This document shows positions 37,554 to 46,995 of a stretch of 64,000 bases of DNA, piece by piece. Positions within the stretch are counted from its first letter, which is position 1; the number at the start of each line of letters is the position of its first letter. The notes beneath the pieces are model-generated. The model had not been told where the DNA came from. It was given only the letters and a program-made list of their open reading frames with translations, and ran no database searches. Source of the stretch: Candidatus Cloacimonadales bacterium (lineage in GTDB: Bacteria; Cloacimonadota; Cloacimonadia; Cloacimonadales; JAIOQZ01); NCBI GenBank assembly GCA_963662655.2, contig CAXXTU010000002.1, positions 3,104,001 to 3,168,000 of the forward strand, read 5' to 3'. The position numbers and the translations under genes are program-made.

Positions 37554-39701
37554 CTACTCGAACACCGCCGTTACATAGAAGAATCTTGCTTCGTACGTTC
37601 TCGATGAACTCCAGCTTGTTTCAGCCACGCGCGCTCTCAGAAAGAAGGTCCCGTTTGGAACGTTGATCGAGTAGACGTTGTATCCGCTTGCTCCCTCAAC
37701 AGGGTTCCAGGTCAGGGCTACGCCTCCTTCACTGGCCACATCGATGCTCAGTCCGGTGACCGCCTGAACTTCGCCCACCGATATCGTCTCCTGATATGCG
37801 ATGCGATCCGGAGCGGTGACGGTCAGAAGCAGTTCTGCTGGTTGTGTCAAAGGCTCGAATGAAAGCGTGGCGCTCCCGGTTGCCCCGGCCGCGGCAGCAT
37901 CGACGATCGTTTGACCAGCCGTAAGGCATACCGTTGCCCCGGGAGTATCCGTGTTGATCGTCAAAGAGCTTGATCCCAATGGCAAAAAGGTGCTATGACT
38001 GATATTCATCGCCTGGGGCGTCATGGTGCGAATCACAAGCGACGGATCACCGAAAATATGCCATGTGTTGTACATGCGCGGACCCCAATAGGAGTATTCG
38101 TCGATCATCAGGCACGAGCCGTTGTAGCAAAGCCCGCCGACGGTGTAATTGCTCTCGCTCACAAGCAGGTCGATGATCTCGTCCTGCGCGGACATCGGGG
38201 GCGCCCACTCCTGATTGATGGAAGATGCGTATATGCCGATCGCGCCGGTAGGATTGCCGTTGGAATTGTTGGTGGCTCTCATCCAGTACTCGGCGAAACA
38301 TGTATAGCTGGTGAAATTCCCGTTCTTGCAGGCAACGGAGATAATGAAAGGCAGTTTGTTGTCGTTGGTCAGGTTATTGACATTGGAGTAACTGAAGCCA
38401 GTCGTTCCCCATGCGGTTGTGCTGCCGTGACCACAGTAATTCACGACGGTTCGTCCTTCGTTCAGGGCGTTGGAAACCATCGTGCTGGTTGCCCCCAAGG
38501 TGGCGTAAAGCTCGTCAACCTGCGTGTAATTGTAGCTCAGAAGGTCGTCGCGGATATATCCCATGTGGACGTAATCCGATTCGCCGTCGTCTCCTTGACC
38601 ATTCCCCAATTGAGAGGCAATGCCGGTACCTTTCGAAAGCCAGTCGCCGGATGTGATGTCACGTTCATAATGTATGAGGCGGTCAACTTGTGTTATAACC
38701 TGCGATTCCGATTGCGCGGAAAGGCGCCCGATGAAAAGGTCGGGGTAGCTGTCGTTTCCGTCAACCAGCGCATACATCGGATCCGCTCCACCGCCCGAGA
38801 AAATGGGCGAATCGACTTGCAGGAAATCTCCCACGAGAAGTACCCACGTCAGGTTGTCGTTCTGGTCGTACTGCTGCTGGATGAAATCCATGATTTGCGT
38901 ATACGTGTTACCGATATCCGAAACATTGTAGAGGTCGGTTTGGATACCCTTCTGGATTTTCCAGTTCACGAACGGCTCCATTTCCTCCATGAAGTAGTTA
39001 TAGGAAATGATGATCATGCGACCCTGATCTTCAAGGGGAATGTAGCGATCCGTGGGAAGATTGATGAAGTGATTGCGGTATATCTCGTCGAACTCTCGAC
39101 TGATTCCGGAACGGGTTGTTGTTTGCGGGTTGATCGTCGCCGGTCCGTTGAACTGAATCTCGATATCTATAGAAGTTTTGATGTAAAGTCGTTCTTCCAG
39201 CGGATTGTAGTAAAACGGCTGAAAAGAGACCGCTACGCCTCGGTAGTCCCTGAGAATGTAGGGATCGGAAAGCGTTGCGATTTCCTGCGGTGTGGGATTC
39301 CGGTAGAAATCGTCAAAAACGTACGGGACGGTACTCGGATCGATGTTCCTGGAAAAATGTCCCTTGGATGGCGCGACGCGAAGATCGACAAAGGTCTCCT
39401 CGCTTCCGGTAACAACGATATCCGGCCTGAGATTACCGGGAATGATGACGCTTCTCACGACTTTTGGAAGCTGGGGCATACCCTTGTCCATGATCAGGCC
39501 TTCTCCGTCGAGGTGGGGAAGCGCCCAAGTCTGGCCATCGATATCCACCTCATTGTATGAGAAGGAACCCAATTGCATGCGCAACGTGAGAGGGTTCGTA
39601 TTTAGAACCTGCACATCTAATTGATTATCATTGAGTTGCACATCAATTGCAGCAAGGCCGACAACGGCTAATAATAAGATTATTGTAAACCTTGTATACA
39701 T
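37554..39701 (-). CDS. Gingipain-like peptidase C25 with propeptide
   Basis: Signal peptide; propeptide 'GMPQLP', 'APSKG'; 'LLVGD', 'FIGRLSA', 'YCGHGS' (His), 'SVAC' (Cys), 'FGDPSL'. Confidence 0.92.
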   Translation of the reverse strand: MYTRFTIILLLAVVGLAAIDVQLNDNQLDVQVLNTNPLTLRMQLGSFSYNEVDIDGQTWALPHLDGEGLIMDKGMPQLPKVVRSVIIPGNLRPDIVVTGSEETFVDLRVAPSKGHFSRNIDPSTVPYVFDDFYRNPTPQEIATLSDPYILRDYRGVAVSFQPFYYNPLEERLYIKTSIDIEIQFNGPATINPQTTTRSGISREFDEIYRNHFINLPTDRYIPLEDQGRMIIISYNYFMEEMEPFVNWKIQKGIQTDLYNVSDIGNTYTQIMDFIQQQYDQNDNLTWVLLVGDFLQVDSPIFSGGGADPMYALVDGNDSYPDLFIGRLSAQSESQVITQVDRLIHYERDITSGDWLSKGTGIASQLGNGQGDDGESDYVHMGYIRDDLLSYNYTQVDELYATLGATSTMVSNALNEGRTVVNYCGHGSTTAWGTTGFSYSNVNNLTNDNKLPFIISVACKNGNFTSYTCFAEYWMRATNNSNGNPTGAIGIYASSINQEWAPPMSAQDEIIDLLVSESNYTVGGLCYNGSCLMIDEYSYWGPRMYNTWHIFGDPSLVIRTMTPQAMNISHSTFLPLGSSSLTINTDTPGATVCLTAGQTIVDAAAAGATGSATLSFEPLTQPAELLLTVTAPDRIAYQETISVGEVQAVTGLSIDVASEGGVALTWNPVEGASGYNVYSINVPNGTFFLRARVAETSWSSSRTYEARFFYVTAVFE

Positions 39702-39812
39702 GGGAGGCTCCTTCTTTGCTATTTCATGAATTTTCCATGCAAACCGTAAACAGCATTGACAGAAACGTCAATATATTTCTGAAAAAATTTGAAAATGCAT
39801 AATTTTATGGTG

Positions 39813-41177
39813 CTATTTACCCACGCAGAAATCGCTGAAAATCCTGTTCAGAAGCTCTTCGGAGGTGATTTTCCCAATGATTTCTTCCAGAGCCAGGCTG
39901 GCCTCCTTGAGATCGAAGGCGACGAACTCCGCGCCCAATTGATCCTGCATGGCAATGTGAGCCTTCCCCAGGGAATCGAAAGCGCGAGATGCCGCGGCAA
40001 TCTGGCGTGCGTTGGTGAGAATACCGGAGTGGAGATCGTTCTGAGAGATGCGGATATCCTCAAGGAGCTTGTTTTTTAGCTCGTCGAGGCCATCCGGTTC
40101 GGTTGCTGAGCATACGACATAGCCCTTCTCGCGGAAGTTGGCAATCTGTGAATCGGTGAGGAGGTCGGCCTTGTTGATCACCTTGATGACATTGTTTTGC
40201 TGCGAAATTTCCTCGAGATGGTGCAATTCATCGGGGGAGATATCCGCTTCGGAAATGAGCAGAATGCGATCCGCCTGGCCGATCATCCGCTGGGAGCGAT
40301 CGATACCGATTTTCTCGATCTCGTCCGGCGTTTCCCGGATACCTGCGGTGTCGAACAATCTGAGGAGGTAGCCCTCGATCGCGACCGCTTCTTCGAGGTA
40401 GTCGCGGGTGGTTCCCGGGTGCGGTGTGACGATCGCGCGTTCGGTCTGCAGGAACGCGTTGAAAATGCTCGATTTTCCTACGTTTGGCGCGCCGACGAGC
40501 GCGATCTTGAGTCCTTCCCGGAGGATAACGCCTTCCTGCCCGGTGAGGATCAGCTCGTCGAGCGCTTGAAGAAGCGATTCGGTCTCATCTTTGACAACGC
40601 TCCAGTCCGTATCGGCGAGATCCTGATCGCTCAGATCGATTTCGATTTCCATTTGCATCCTGATTTGCGTGATACGATGTAGCAGTCCTTCAATGCGATG
40701 CTGCAAGCTGCCTTCCATCTGCTCCAGAGCGACGGCCTGCGATTGCCTGGTCTGCGCTTGAATGAGATCGTTGACGGCTTCCGCTCCGGTGAGATCGATC
40801 CGGCCGTTCAGGAAGGCGCGCTGGGTGAATTCACCCGCTTCCGCCTGCCGAGCGTGGCGCAGAACGATGGTCATGATCTGGGAAACGAGGAATGGATTGC
40901 CGTGACAGGATATCTCGGCGACATCCTCTCCCGTGTAGGTGTGCGGAGCCCTGAAGATCGTGACAAGCGCCTGATCGATCCGGCGTTCGTTATCGTAGAT
41001 GTCCCCCAGATGGGCGCTATGAGACGGGCAATCCTGAAGCTGCTTGCGTGTTTTAACGATGCGAGAGGCAATATCGATCGCTTCTGGTCCGCTGATACGT
41101 ATTACGGAAATACCGCCGCTACCCTTGGGGGTCGTTTCGGCAGCTATGGTATCGAATAGGTTCTGGTTATTGCTCAT
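39813..41177 (-). CDS. mnmE: tRNA modification GTPase MnmE
   Basis: 'DTIAA', 'GEFTQRAFLNGRIDL', 'GAPNVGKSS', 'GTTRD', 'DTAG', 'NKAD', 'FCVGK'. Confidence 0.97.
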   Translation of the reverse strand: MSNNQNLFDTIAAETTPKGSGGISVIRISGPEAIDIASRIVKTRKQLQDCPSHSAHLGDIYDNERRIDQALVTIFRAPHTYTGEDVAEISCHGNPFLVSQIMTIVLRHARQAEAGEFTQRAFLNGRIDLTGAEAVNDLIQAQTRQSQAVALEQMEGSLQHRIEGLLHRITQIRMQMEIEIDLSDQDLADTDWSVVKDETESLLQALDELILTGQEGVILREGLKIALVGAPNVGKSSIFNAFLQTERAIVTPHPGTTRDYLEEAVAIEGYLLRLFDTAGIRETPDEIEKIGIDRSQRMIGQADRILLISEADISPDELHHLEEISQQNNVIKVINKADLLTDSQIANFREKGYVVCSATEPDGLDELKNKLLEDIRISQNDLHSGILTNARQIAAASRAFDSLGKAHIAMQDQLGAEFVAFDLKEASLALEEIIGKITSEELLNRIFSDFCVGK

Positions 41178-41179
41178 GG

Positions 41180-43033
41180 CTAGAGGAACGTCTTGATTTT
41201 ATCGAATATCTGCCGGGGCATGATTCCCAGCATGTCTTTGAGTTGCTCCACTTTTCCGTGCGTGACAAACTCGTCGGGGATGCCGAACGAATGTACCGTA
41301 ACACCGGTTCCGCCCATAAACGTTGATACTGCCTCGCCAAATCCGCCTGTGAGAGCATTGTCCTCGATGGTGACGATGTGCTTGACTCTGGTTGCCAGAT
41401 CGTTCAGGAGGCCGGTGTCGAGCGGTTTGACGAATCTAGCATTGATGAGCCAGGGCGTGCTATTCTCGTTTTCAGTGAAAAGCTTCGCGACTTCCTCGCC
41501 GTCTAGGACGCCTTTGCCCGTACCGATGATGGCTATATTACTACCTTCCTGCAGAACTTCCCATTTCCCCATCTTGATTACGGGATGTTCCGATTTGCAA
41601 TATCGTGCGCTTCCGCGTGGATAGCGGATTGCGATGGGCCCATCGTTGTAAGAAATGGCGTAGTCCATCATCGCTTCCATCTCTTCAGCACAGCATGGGG
41701 CGAGAATTTGGAGGTTGGGTATCAAGCGTAGGAACGAAAGATCGAAGACGCCGTGGTGGGTTGCGCCGTCGTCTCCAACGAGTCCCGCGCGGTCGAGACA
41801 GAACACGACCGGGAGTTTCTGGAGCGCGATGTCATGGATCACCTGGTCGATCGCACGTTGCAGGAACGTGGAGTAGATCGCCACAAACGGTTTGATTCCG
41901 CGAACGGCGAGTCCGCCGGCAAATGTGACGGCGTGCTGTTCGGCGATACCGACATCGAAGAAGCGATCGGGGTATTGCTTGGCGAAATCGGTGAGTCCTG
42001 TTCCGTCCGTCATTGCCGCTGTGATGGCAGCGACGTTGCTGTTTTCGGAAGCGAGCTTGCACAGTTTATCGCCAAAGACGTTGGAATAGGATTTCGACTT
42101 GGTGGAAAGGCTTGCGCCGGTTTTCTCTTCGTATGGGCCAACTCCGTGGAAAACACGAGCGTTGTTCTCTGCAAAATCGCAGCCTTTTCCCTTCTGGGTA
42201 ACAACGTGGATCAGAACCGGGCCAACGATGTTGTGCCGGGCTTTATTGAAGATATGAACCAGTCTGGGAAGATCGTGCCCATCGATGGGGCCGACATACT
42301 TGAAGCCGAGATCCTCAAATATAATGTTCGGGACGAGGATGTTGATGAGGCTCTCCTCCAGCTTTTGCGCACCGGTGATGAATTTTCGCCGGATGCTTGT
42401 GGGAAGGGTGTGCGAGAGGTCCCAAACGCGTTCTTTCAGAGTGTTGTAGGTTTTACTGACCAGGATATTGGTCATGTAGCTTTGTAGTGCGCCAACGTTC
42501 TTGGAGATGGACATGGCGTTGTCGTTGAGGATAACGATGAGGTTTTTCTGGAGATGGCCGCAGTGATTGATCGCCTCCAGCGCCATTCCACCGGTGAGAG
42601 CGCCGTCGCCTATAACGGCGATGGTTCTGCTCTTTCGTCCGAGCATTTCGTCGGCCACGTTGATGCCGAGTCCCGCCGAAATGGATGTGCTCGAGTGCCC
42701 CACGCCAAAGGCGTCGTACTCGCTCTCGAAGATGTTATTGAATCCGCTGATTCCCCCGAATTGGCGCAGGGTATCGAAGCGGTCGTTGCGTTCGGTGAGG
42801 ATTTTCCAGGCGTACGATTGGTGACCGACGTCCCACACCACGCGGTCGCGCTTGGGATTGAATACCCTAAGAAGGGCGATCGCGATGTCGACAGCGCCGA
42901 GGCTGGGAGCCAGGTGACCGCCGTTTTTCGCGGTGACCTCAATGATTCGGTTTCGTACGTCCTCTGCCAAGACTTTCAGTTGCGCAAGTGAAAGCTTGCG
43001 TATATCTTCCGGTTTATTGATTTTTTCGAGCAT
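41180..43033 (-). CDS. dxs: 1-deoxy-D-xylulose-5-phosphate synthase
   Basis: 'GGHLAPSLG', 'DVGHQSY', 'GDGALTGG', 'IAEQHA', 'DRAGLVGDDGATH'. Confidence 0.97.
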   Translation of the reverse strand: MLEKINKPEDIRKLSLAQLKVLAEDVRNRIIEVTAKNGGHLAPSLGAVDIAIALLRVFNPKRDRVVWDVGHQSYAWKILTERNDRFDTLRQFGGISGFNNIFESEYDAFGVGHSSTSISAGLGINVADEMLGRKSRTIAVIGDGALTGGMALEAINHCGHLQKNLIVILNDNAMSISKNVGALQSYMTNILVSKTYNTLKERVWDLSHTLPTSIRRKFITGAQKLEESLINILVPNIIFEDLGFKYVGPIDGHDLPRLVHIFNKARHNIVGPVLIHVVTQKGKGCDFAENNARVFHGVGPYEEKTGASLSTKSKSYSNVFGDKLCKLASENSNVAAITAAMTDGTGLTDFAKQYPDRFFDVGIAEQHAVTFAGGLAVRGIKPFVAIYSTFLQRAIDQVIHDIALQKLPVVFCLDRAGLVGDDGATHHGVFDLSFLRLIPNLQILAPCCAEEMEAMMDYAISYNDGPIAIRYPRGSARYCKSEHPVIKMGKWEVLQEGSNIAIIGTGKGVLDGEEVAKLFTENENSTPWLINARFVKPLDTGLLNDLATRVKHIVTIEDNALTGGFGEAVSTFMGGTGVTVHSFGIPDEFVTHGKVEQLKDMLGIMPRQIFDKIKTFL

Positions 43034-43199
43034 ATCTCTATCCTTTCTACTTTACACCAGTGAAATAGTATATTTAAAACGGAATAACTGTCAACCTGTT
43101 TCGGGGGAAATCGGCGAGTGAGCTTGTGGCATCGCTTGATAACGTTGTTTGCGATATGGCTCCGAGGTTATTCGGTGATGGTGTGTGATGGACACACGT

Positions 43200-43387
43200 C
43201 CGGCACGGCATCTTCGCCCAGTCTCCCACGAAAATGTGGATATACCACAGCCGATTATCCACTAACATGATTTCGAGGAACGAAATCACAGCGTTCATGA
43301 TTTCGTTTTCGTTGCACGAAAGCCGAAAATTGGCTGTGAAACACCACAATTTCGTGGGAGATTGAACCAATCTGCTCGCGCCTCGTT
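43200..43387 (+). repeat. Family A structured repeat, full-length copy (188 bp)
   Basis: Direct repeat of 46706-46893 with compensatory stem changes. Confidence 0.92.
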
Positions 43388-43405
43388 GGCGAAGCTTAAT
43401 GATTG

Positions 43406-45922
43406 TTATAGTTTCTTGAGCAGGTAGCGCAGGATTTCCATCGTCTCCTGCTTGCCGGAGGAGCCTTTGAGTGGAGCCGGACCGACGCAGGATGGGCATC
43501 CTTCGTCGCAGGTACAGTTTTCGATCAGGTCGAGGGCATTCGCGAGAAGGTCGCGGTGGATATCGTAGAGCTTGCGACTCAGGCCGATGCCTCCCCCTGC
43601 CGCATCGTAAACGATGATGGCGGGTTTTCCGCCGGTCAGGGGAGAGCGGATTTGAGAGAGCACGCCGAGGTCGGTGTAATCGCACATGAGATAGAGTGGA
43701 GAGAGGTGTCTCAGGACGTGCGTGAGACCGTTCAGTCCGCTCTGGATGTATACGTTGAATTCCGCGATCCGGTGGCATGATGGGCAAAGTGTGACGAGGT
43801 TCTCGGGAAGGTTGGCGATATCCGGATTGGGGCATGCACGGAAGGGGATGATATGATGAACGTCGAGCGCTCTTTCACCTTCCTCTTTACCGCAGTGCTG
43901 GCACTTGTAGCCGTCTCTTTTGCGAATCGTTTTTTTAATGCTTTCCCAGAAGGGGCCGTATTGATTGGGATCGCTGCCCCAGATACCGGTTTCCCGGAAA
44001 TGATCCACCGTTTCGTCGGGAAGTCCGAACCAGAAGCCGCAGGTGTGCAGGTCGGTCGGGGGGAGCTTGACTTCTCCGTAGCCCAGCACCTCATTCGTCT
44101 GGAATTTCAGCTTGCGGAATCCGGTCACGGTTCTTGTAACCTGGAGGTTGCCGTAATAGATCAGGTATTTGCCGGCGTTGTTCTCGAGTTCGATGCCTTC
44201 CGGTTGAACCTCGGTGTCGCTCATGGCGTCCGTGTAGTAATCGGTTTCCATCTCGCGAAGCTTGACGATGGCGCTGTCCAAATCCAGCTTTCCGACCAGG
44301 TAACTTTGGCCTTCGTGGAAGTATACCGCCTGAGGATGGGTGAGCCAGAACGCGCTGTTGTAATCGATCTTGCCGATCACTTTAACAGTGTCGTCCTCCG
44401 TATCGAGCTGGAGGGTAAACGTTTGCGGAGAACTGCTTCGCAATGAGACGCCTTCGGAAGGATAACGCTCGTCCATCCAGAACCAGCGCTCTCCCGACTG
44501 GTGGAGGACTCCCTGTTCCTGCAAAATCTGGAGGATATCGTTGACTTCGTCGTGCGGCACGCTTCCAAAGCTTTCTCCACTCCGGAAGGGAAGTTCGAAC
44601 GCTGCGCACTGGATGTGCTGGAACAGGATGAACAGGTGGTTTGCGTTGATCAGGCAGCTCTCGGGCGATCTGCCGAAGAAGTACTCGGGATGGGAGGCGA
44701 GAAACTGGTCGATGGGACGCGCTGCAAGGACGAGGACTGCCAGAGAAACACGATCGCGCCTTCCCGCTCTTCCCGCCTGCTGCCATGTGGAGGCGATCGA
44801 GCCCGGGTATCCGTTGATGAGCGCGACGTCAAGGTGCCCGATATCGATGCCTGCTTCCAGCGCGCTTGTCGCGACCACGCTTCGAATGAATCCGCTCTGC
44901 AAGTCCTCCTCGATTTTGCGCCGCTGGCGGGGGAGGTAGCCGCTTCGGTATCCGCGAATTCTGTCCGAAGATACGATGCCGGAATCGCGTAAGTATCGCA
45001 GGATCAGCTCGACAGATTTTCTGGAGATGGTGAACACAATACTCTGGAGGCCGTTTTCGATCACATCCAGATTCAAGCGGATGGCTTCCTGCATGCTGCT
45101 GCGCCGGATACCGAGCTGTTTATTGACGATGGGGGGATTGTACAGGATGAAGTATTTCGCGCCCCTTCCCGCGCCGTCCTCCAGGATGGTGTGAACCGGC
45201 TCCTCGATGAGGTTTTTCGCGTGCTCTTCGGGGTTGGAGATGGTCGCGGATGTCATGATGAAGATGGGTTTCGCGCCGTAAAATGCGGCAATTCGTTTCA
45301 GGCGGCGTATCACGTTGGCAACGTGGCTCCCGAAGATTCCCCGGTAGCTGTGGATTTCATCGATAACGATGTACCGGAGAGATCGCATGAGGTGCTTCCA
45401 GCGTGTGTGGTGGGGCAAAACGCCTGTATGGAGCATGTCGGGATTGGTTATCACGACTCGCGCGTTCTCGCGGATGGGCTTCCGGTGATCCTTGGGTGTA
45501 TCGCCATCGTAGATGCCTATGGAGAGGTCCGTCATTTGCGGAATGATCTGCTCGAACTGCTTCCGTTGATCCTGCGCAAGGGCTTTGGTGGGGAAGAGGT
45601 AGAGCGCTCTGGCTTGTTGGTCTTTCAGGAGGGTGTTGGCCACCGGAAGATTATAGCACAGCGTCTTGCCGCTGGCAACACCGGTCACGATAACGGTGTG
45701 GTTGCCCTGATGGATGCTGTCGAAGGCCTGGCGCTGATGAGAGTACAATTTGCGAATACCCTGGTAATCGAGCAAGGCTGAGAGGCGGGGATCGAGCGCT
45801 TCGGGGAAGTCCGTCCACTGGGCATTTCGTTCCGGGGTGAAATGGAAGTAGGTGTTCTGCTTATGCAGTTTGCGTACAAGCGTTGCGATTCGTTTATCGA
45901 CGGAGCCGTTTGGGTTCTTCAT
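43406..45922 (-). CDS. DEAD/DEAH helicase of the MrfA/Hrq1 (DUF1998) family with an inserted HNH nuclease domain
   Basis: 'ASGKT', 'DEIH', 'SAT', 'QQAGRAGRR', terminal 'CTCDEGCPSC'. Insert 'IRKRDGYKCQHCG....LDVHHIIP....N..ENLVTLCPSCH'. Confidence 0.92.
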   Translation of the reverse strand: MKNPNGSVDKRIATLVRKLHKQNTYFHFTPERNAQWTDFPEALDPRLSALLDYQGIRKLYSHQRQAFDSIHQGNHTVIVTGVASGKTLCYNLPVANTLLKDQQARALYLFPTKALAQDQRKQFEQIIPQMTDLSIGIYDGDTPKDHRKPIRENARVVITNPDMLHTGVLPHHTRWKHLMRSLRYIVIDEIHSYRGIFGSHVANVIRRLKRIAAFYGAKPIFIMTSATISNPEEHAKNLIEEPVHTILEDGAGRGAKYFILYNPPIVNKQLGIRRSSMQEAIRLNLDVIENGLQSIVFTISRKSVELILRYLRDSGIVSSDRIRGYRSGYLPRQRRKIEEDLQSGFIRSVVATSALEAGIDIGHLDVALINGYPGSIASTWQQAGRAGRRDRVSLAVLVLAARPIDQFLASHPEYFFGRSPESCLINANHLFILFQHIQCAAFELPFRSGESFGSVPHDEVNDILQILQEQGVLHQSGERWFWMDERYPSEGVSLRSSSPQTFTLQLDTEDDTVKVIGKIDYNSAFWLTHPQAVYFHEGQSYLVGKLDLDSAIVKLREMETDYYTDAMSDTEVQPEGIELENNAGKYLIYYGNLQVTRTVTGFRKLKFQTNEVLGYGEVKLPPTDLHTCGFWFGLPDETVDHFRETGIWGSDPNQYGPFWESIKKTIRKRDGYKCQHCGKEEGERALDVHHIIPFRACPNPDIANLPENLVTLCPSCHRIAEFNVYIQSGLNGLTHVLRHLSPLYLMCDYTDLGVLSQIRSPLTGGKPAIIVYDAAGGGIGLSRKLYDIHRDLLANALDLIENCTCDEGCPSCVGPAPLKGSSGKQETMEILRYLLKKL

Positions 45923-45964
45923 TTTTATTGACTTCCAACCTCTCTGTGCATTTTGGTTTCCCAC

Positions 45965-46684
45965 ATGAGAACATTTGTAATACCTGAATTCACCGAAGAG
46001 ATTGTCAAAGTAAAAATCGAGATTATCCGGCAGGAACTGCTCGAAAAAGCGGCAGAACTCGATCGGGAGAATTTTACGCGAATCAGCGTTGGCGATCTTG
46101 TGCTGCTCTTCGATTTGTATAATCGGGAGTTCTTTTTGGGAGAATTTCCGTCGAGTTGGAAGATCGATTACAGCTTTTCAAATCGTATGACACGCACGGC
46201 AGGAAAAGTCATCTATCATCGAATAAAAAAGACGTGCGAGATTGTTATCGCCACGCGCTTGCTTCTGCGACTCGATTTCGGCGACGCGGGAAGGTTCTAC
46301 GTCGTGAATGGTGTCAGGTGCCACACACGTCTGGAGTGCCTGATGCGTGTCTTCGAGCACGAACTGATTCATGTGCTCGAGTTTGTGCTGTTCGGTTTTT
46401 CAAGCTGCTCGAAGCCGCGCTTTCGCATGATGGCTTATGGGCTTTTCGGGCATACGAAGACCAAGCATGAGCTTTTCGGAAAACCTCAAGAACCTGTGAT
46501 AAAGGATGTTTTCAGGGCGGGTGACCGGGTTTACTTCAAATACGATGGCGAGACCATCGAGGGTGTGATAAAAGGGATTCGTAAACGGGCGACAGTGATC
46601 TGCGAAGAGGGGAAGAGCAGCAAAAGGGGGCGGGTTGTCCGCAAATTCTACGTACCGCTTTCAAGGTTGGAGAAGGTGGAGTGA
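45965..46684 (+). CDS. SprT-like zinc metalloprotease with a C-terminal SH3/KOW-like domain
   Basis: 'YNREFF', 'SNRMTRTAGK', 'EHELIH' (HExxH), C-terminal 'GDRVYFKYDG...G...IRKRATV'. Confidence 0.8.
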   Translation: MRTFVIPEFTEEIVKVKIEIIRQELLEKAAELDRENFTRISVGDLVLLFDLYNREFFLGEFPSSWKIDYSFSNRMTRTAGKVIYHRIKKTCEIVIATRLLLRLDFGDAGRFYVVNGVRCHTRLECLMRVFEHELIHVLEFVLFGFSSCSKPRFRMMAYGLFGHTKTKHELFGKPQEPVIKDVFRAGDRVYFKYDGETIEGVIKGIRKRATVICEEGKSSKRGRVVRKFYVPLSRLEKVE

Positions 46685-46705
46685 GTTTTGTGCTGCGATG
46701 TGCGA

Positions 46706-46893
46706 CCGGCGCGGCATCTTCGCCCGTTCCGACGCGAAATGTGGATATACCACAGCCGATTATCCACTCTCGTTATTTCGCTCCGCGAAAGACTTTCGTT
46801 CGAAGATTTCGTTTTCGTTGCACGAAAGCCGAAAATTGGCTGTGAAACACCACGATTTCGCGTCGGATCGAACGAATCTGCTCGCGCCTCGTT
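46706..46893 (+). repeat. Family A structured repeat, full-length copy (188 bp)
   Basis: See 43200-43387. Confidence 0.92.
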
Positions 46894-46995
46894 TAGTTTG
46901 TCTGGATGATGTCACTAAAGGGAATCACGATAGAACTGGACAAGCGCAACCGGTAAAAGAAAATGGTATGTGAAAATGATCAGATTGGAGTAAGC

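Noticed and set aside
37995..39560. Long antisense ORFs (also 15265-16602, 16604-17803, 21675-22802, 24601-25659, 51227-52591)
   Set aside because: Shadow frames opposite well-supported genes, expected from codon bias; no recognisable motifs.
43074..43835. 253-aa ORF, and similar short ORFs at 1800-1988, 35536-35867, 46635-46973, 56034-56573 and 58027-58290
   Set aside because: They run through the structured repeats or overlap real genes; shared peptide-like strings come from the DNA repeat.
43760..43960. Intein or group I intron carrying the HNH domain
   Set aside because: The insert is short and in frame, with no Cys/Ser...His-Asn splice junction motifs evident.
43200..46893. Integron attC sites flanking gene cassettes
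   Set aside because: Two copies end in GTT, but there is no matching RYYYAAC start, the copy at 1755 lacks GTT, the enclosed genes are divergent, and no integrase is present.
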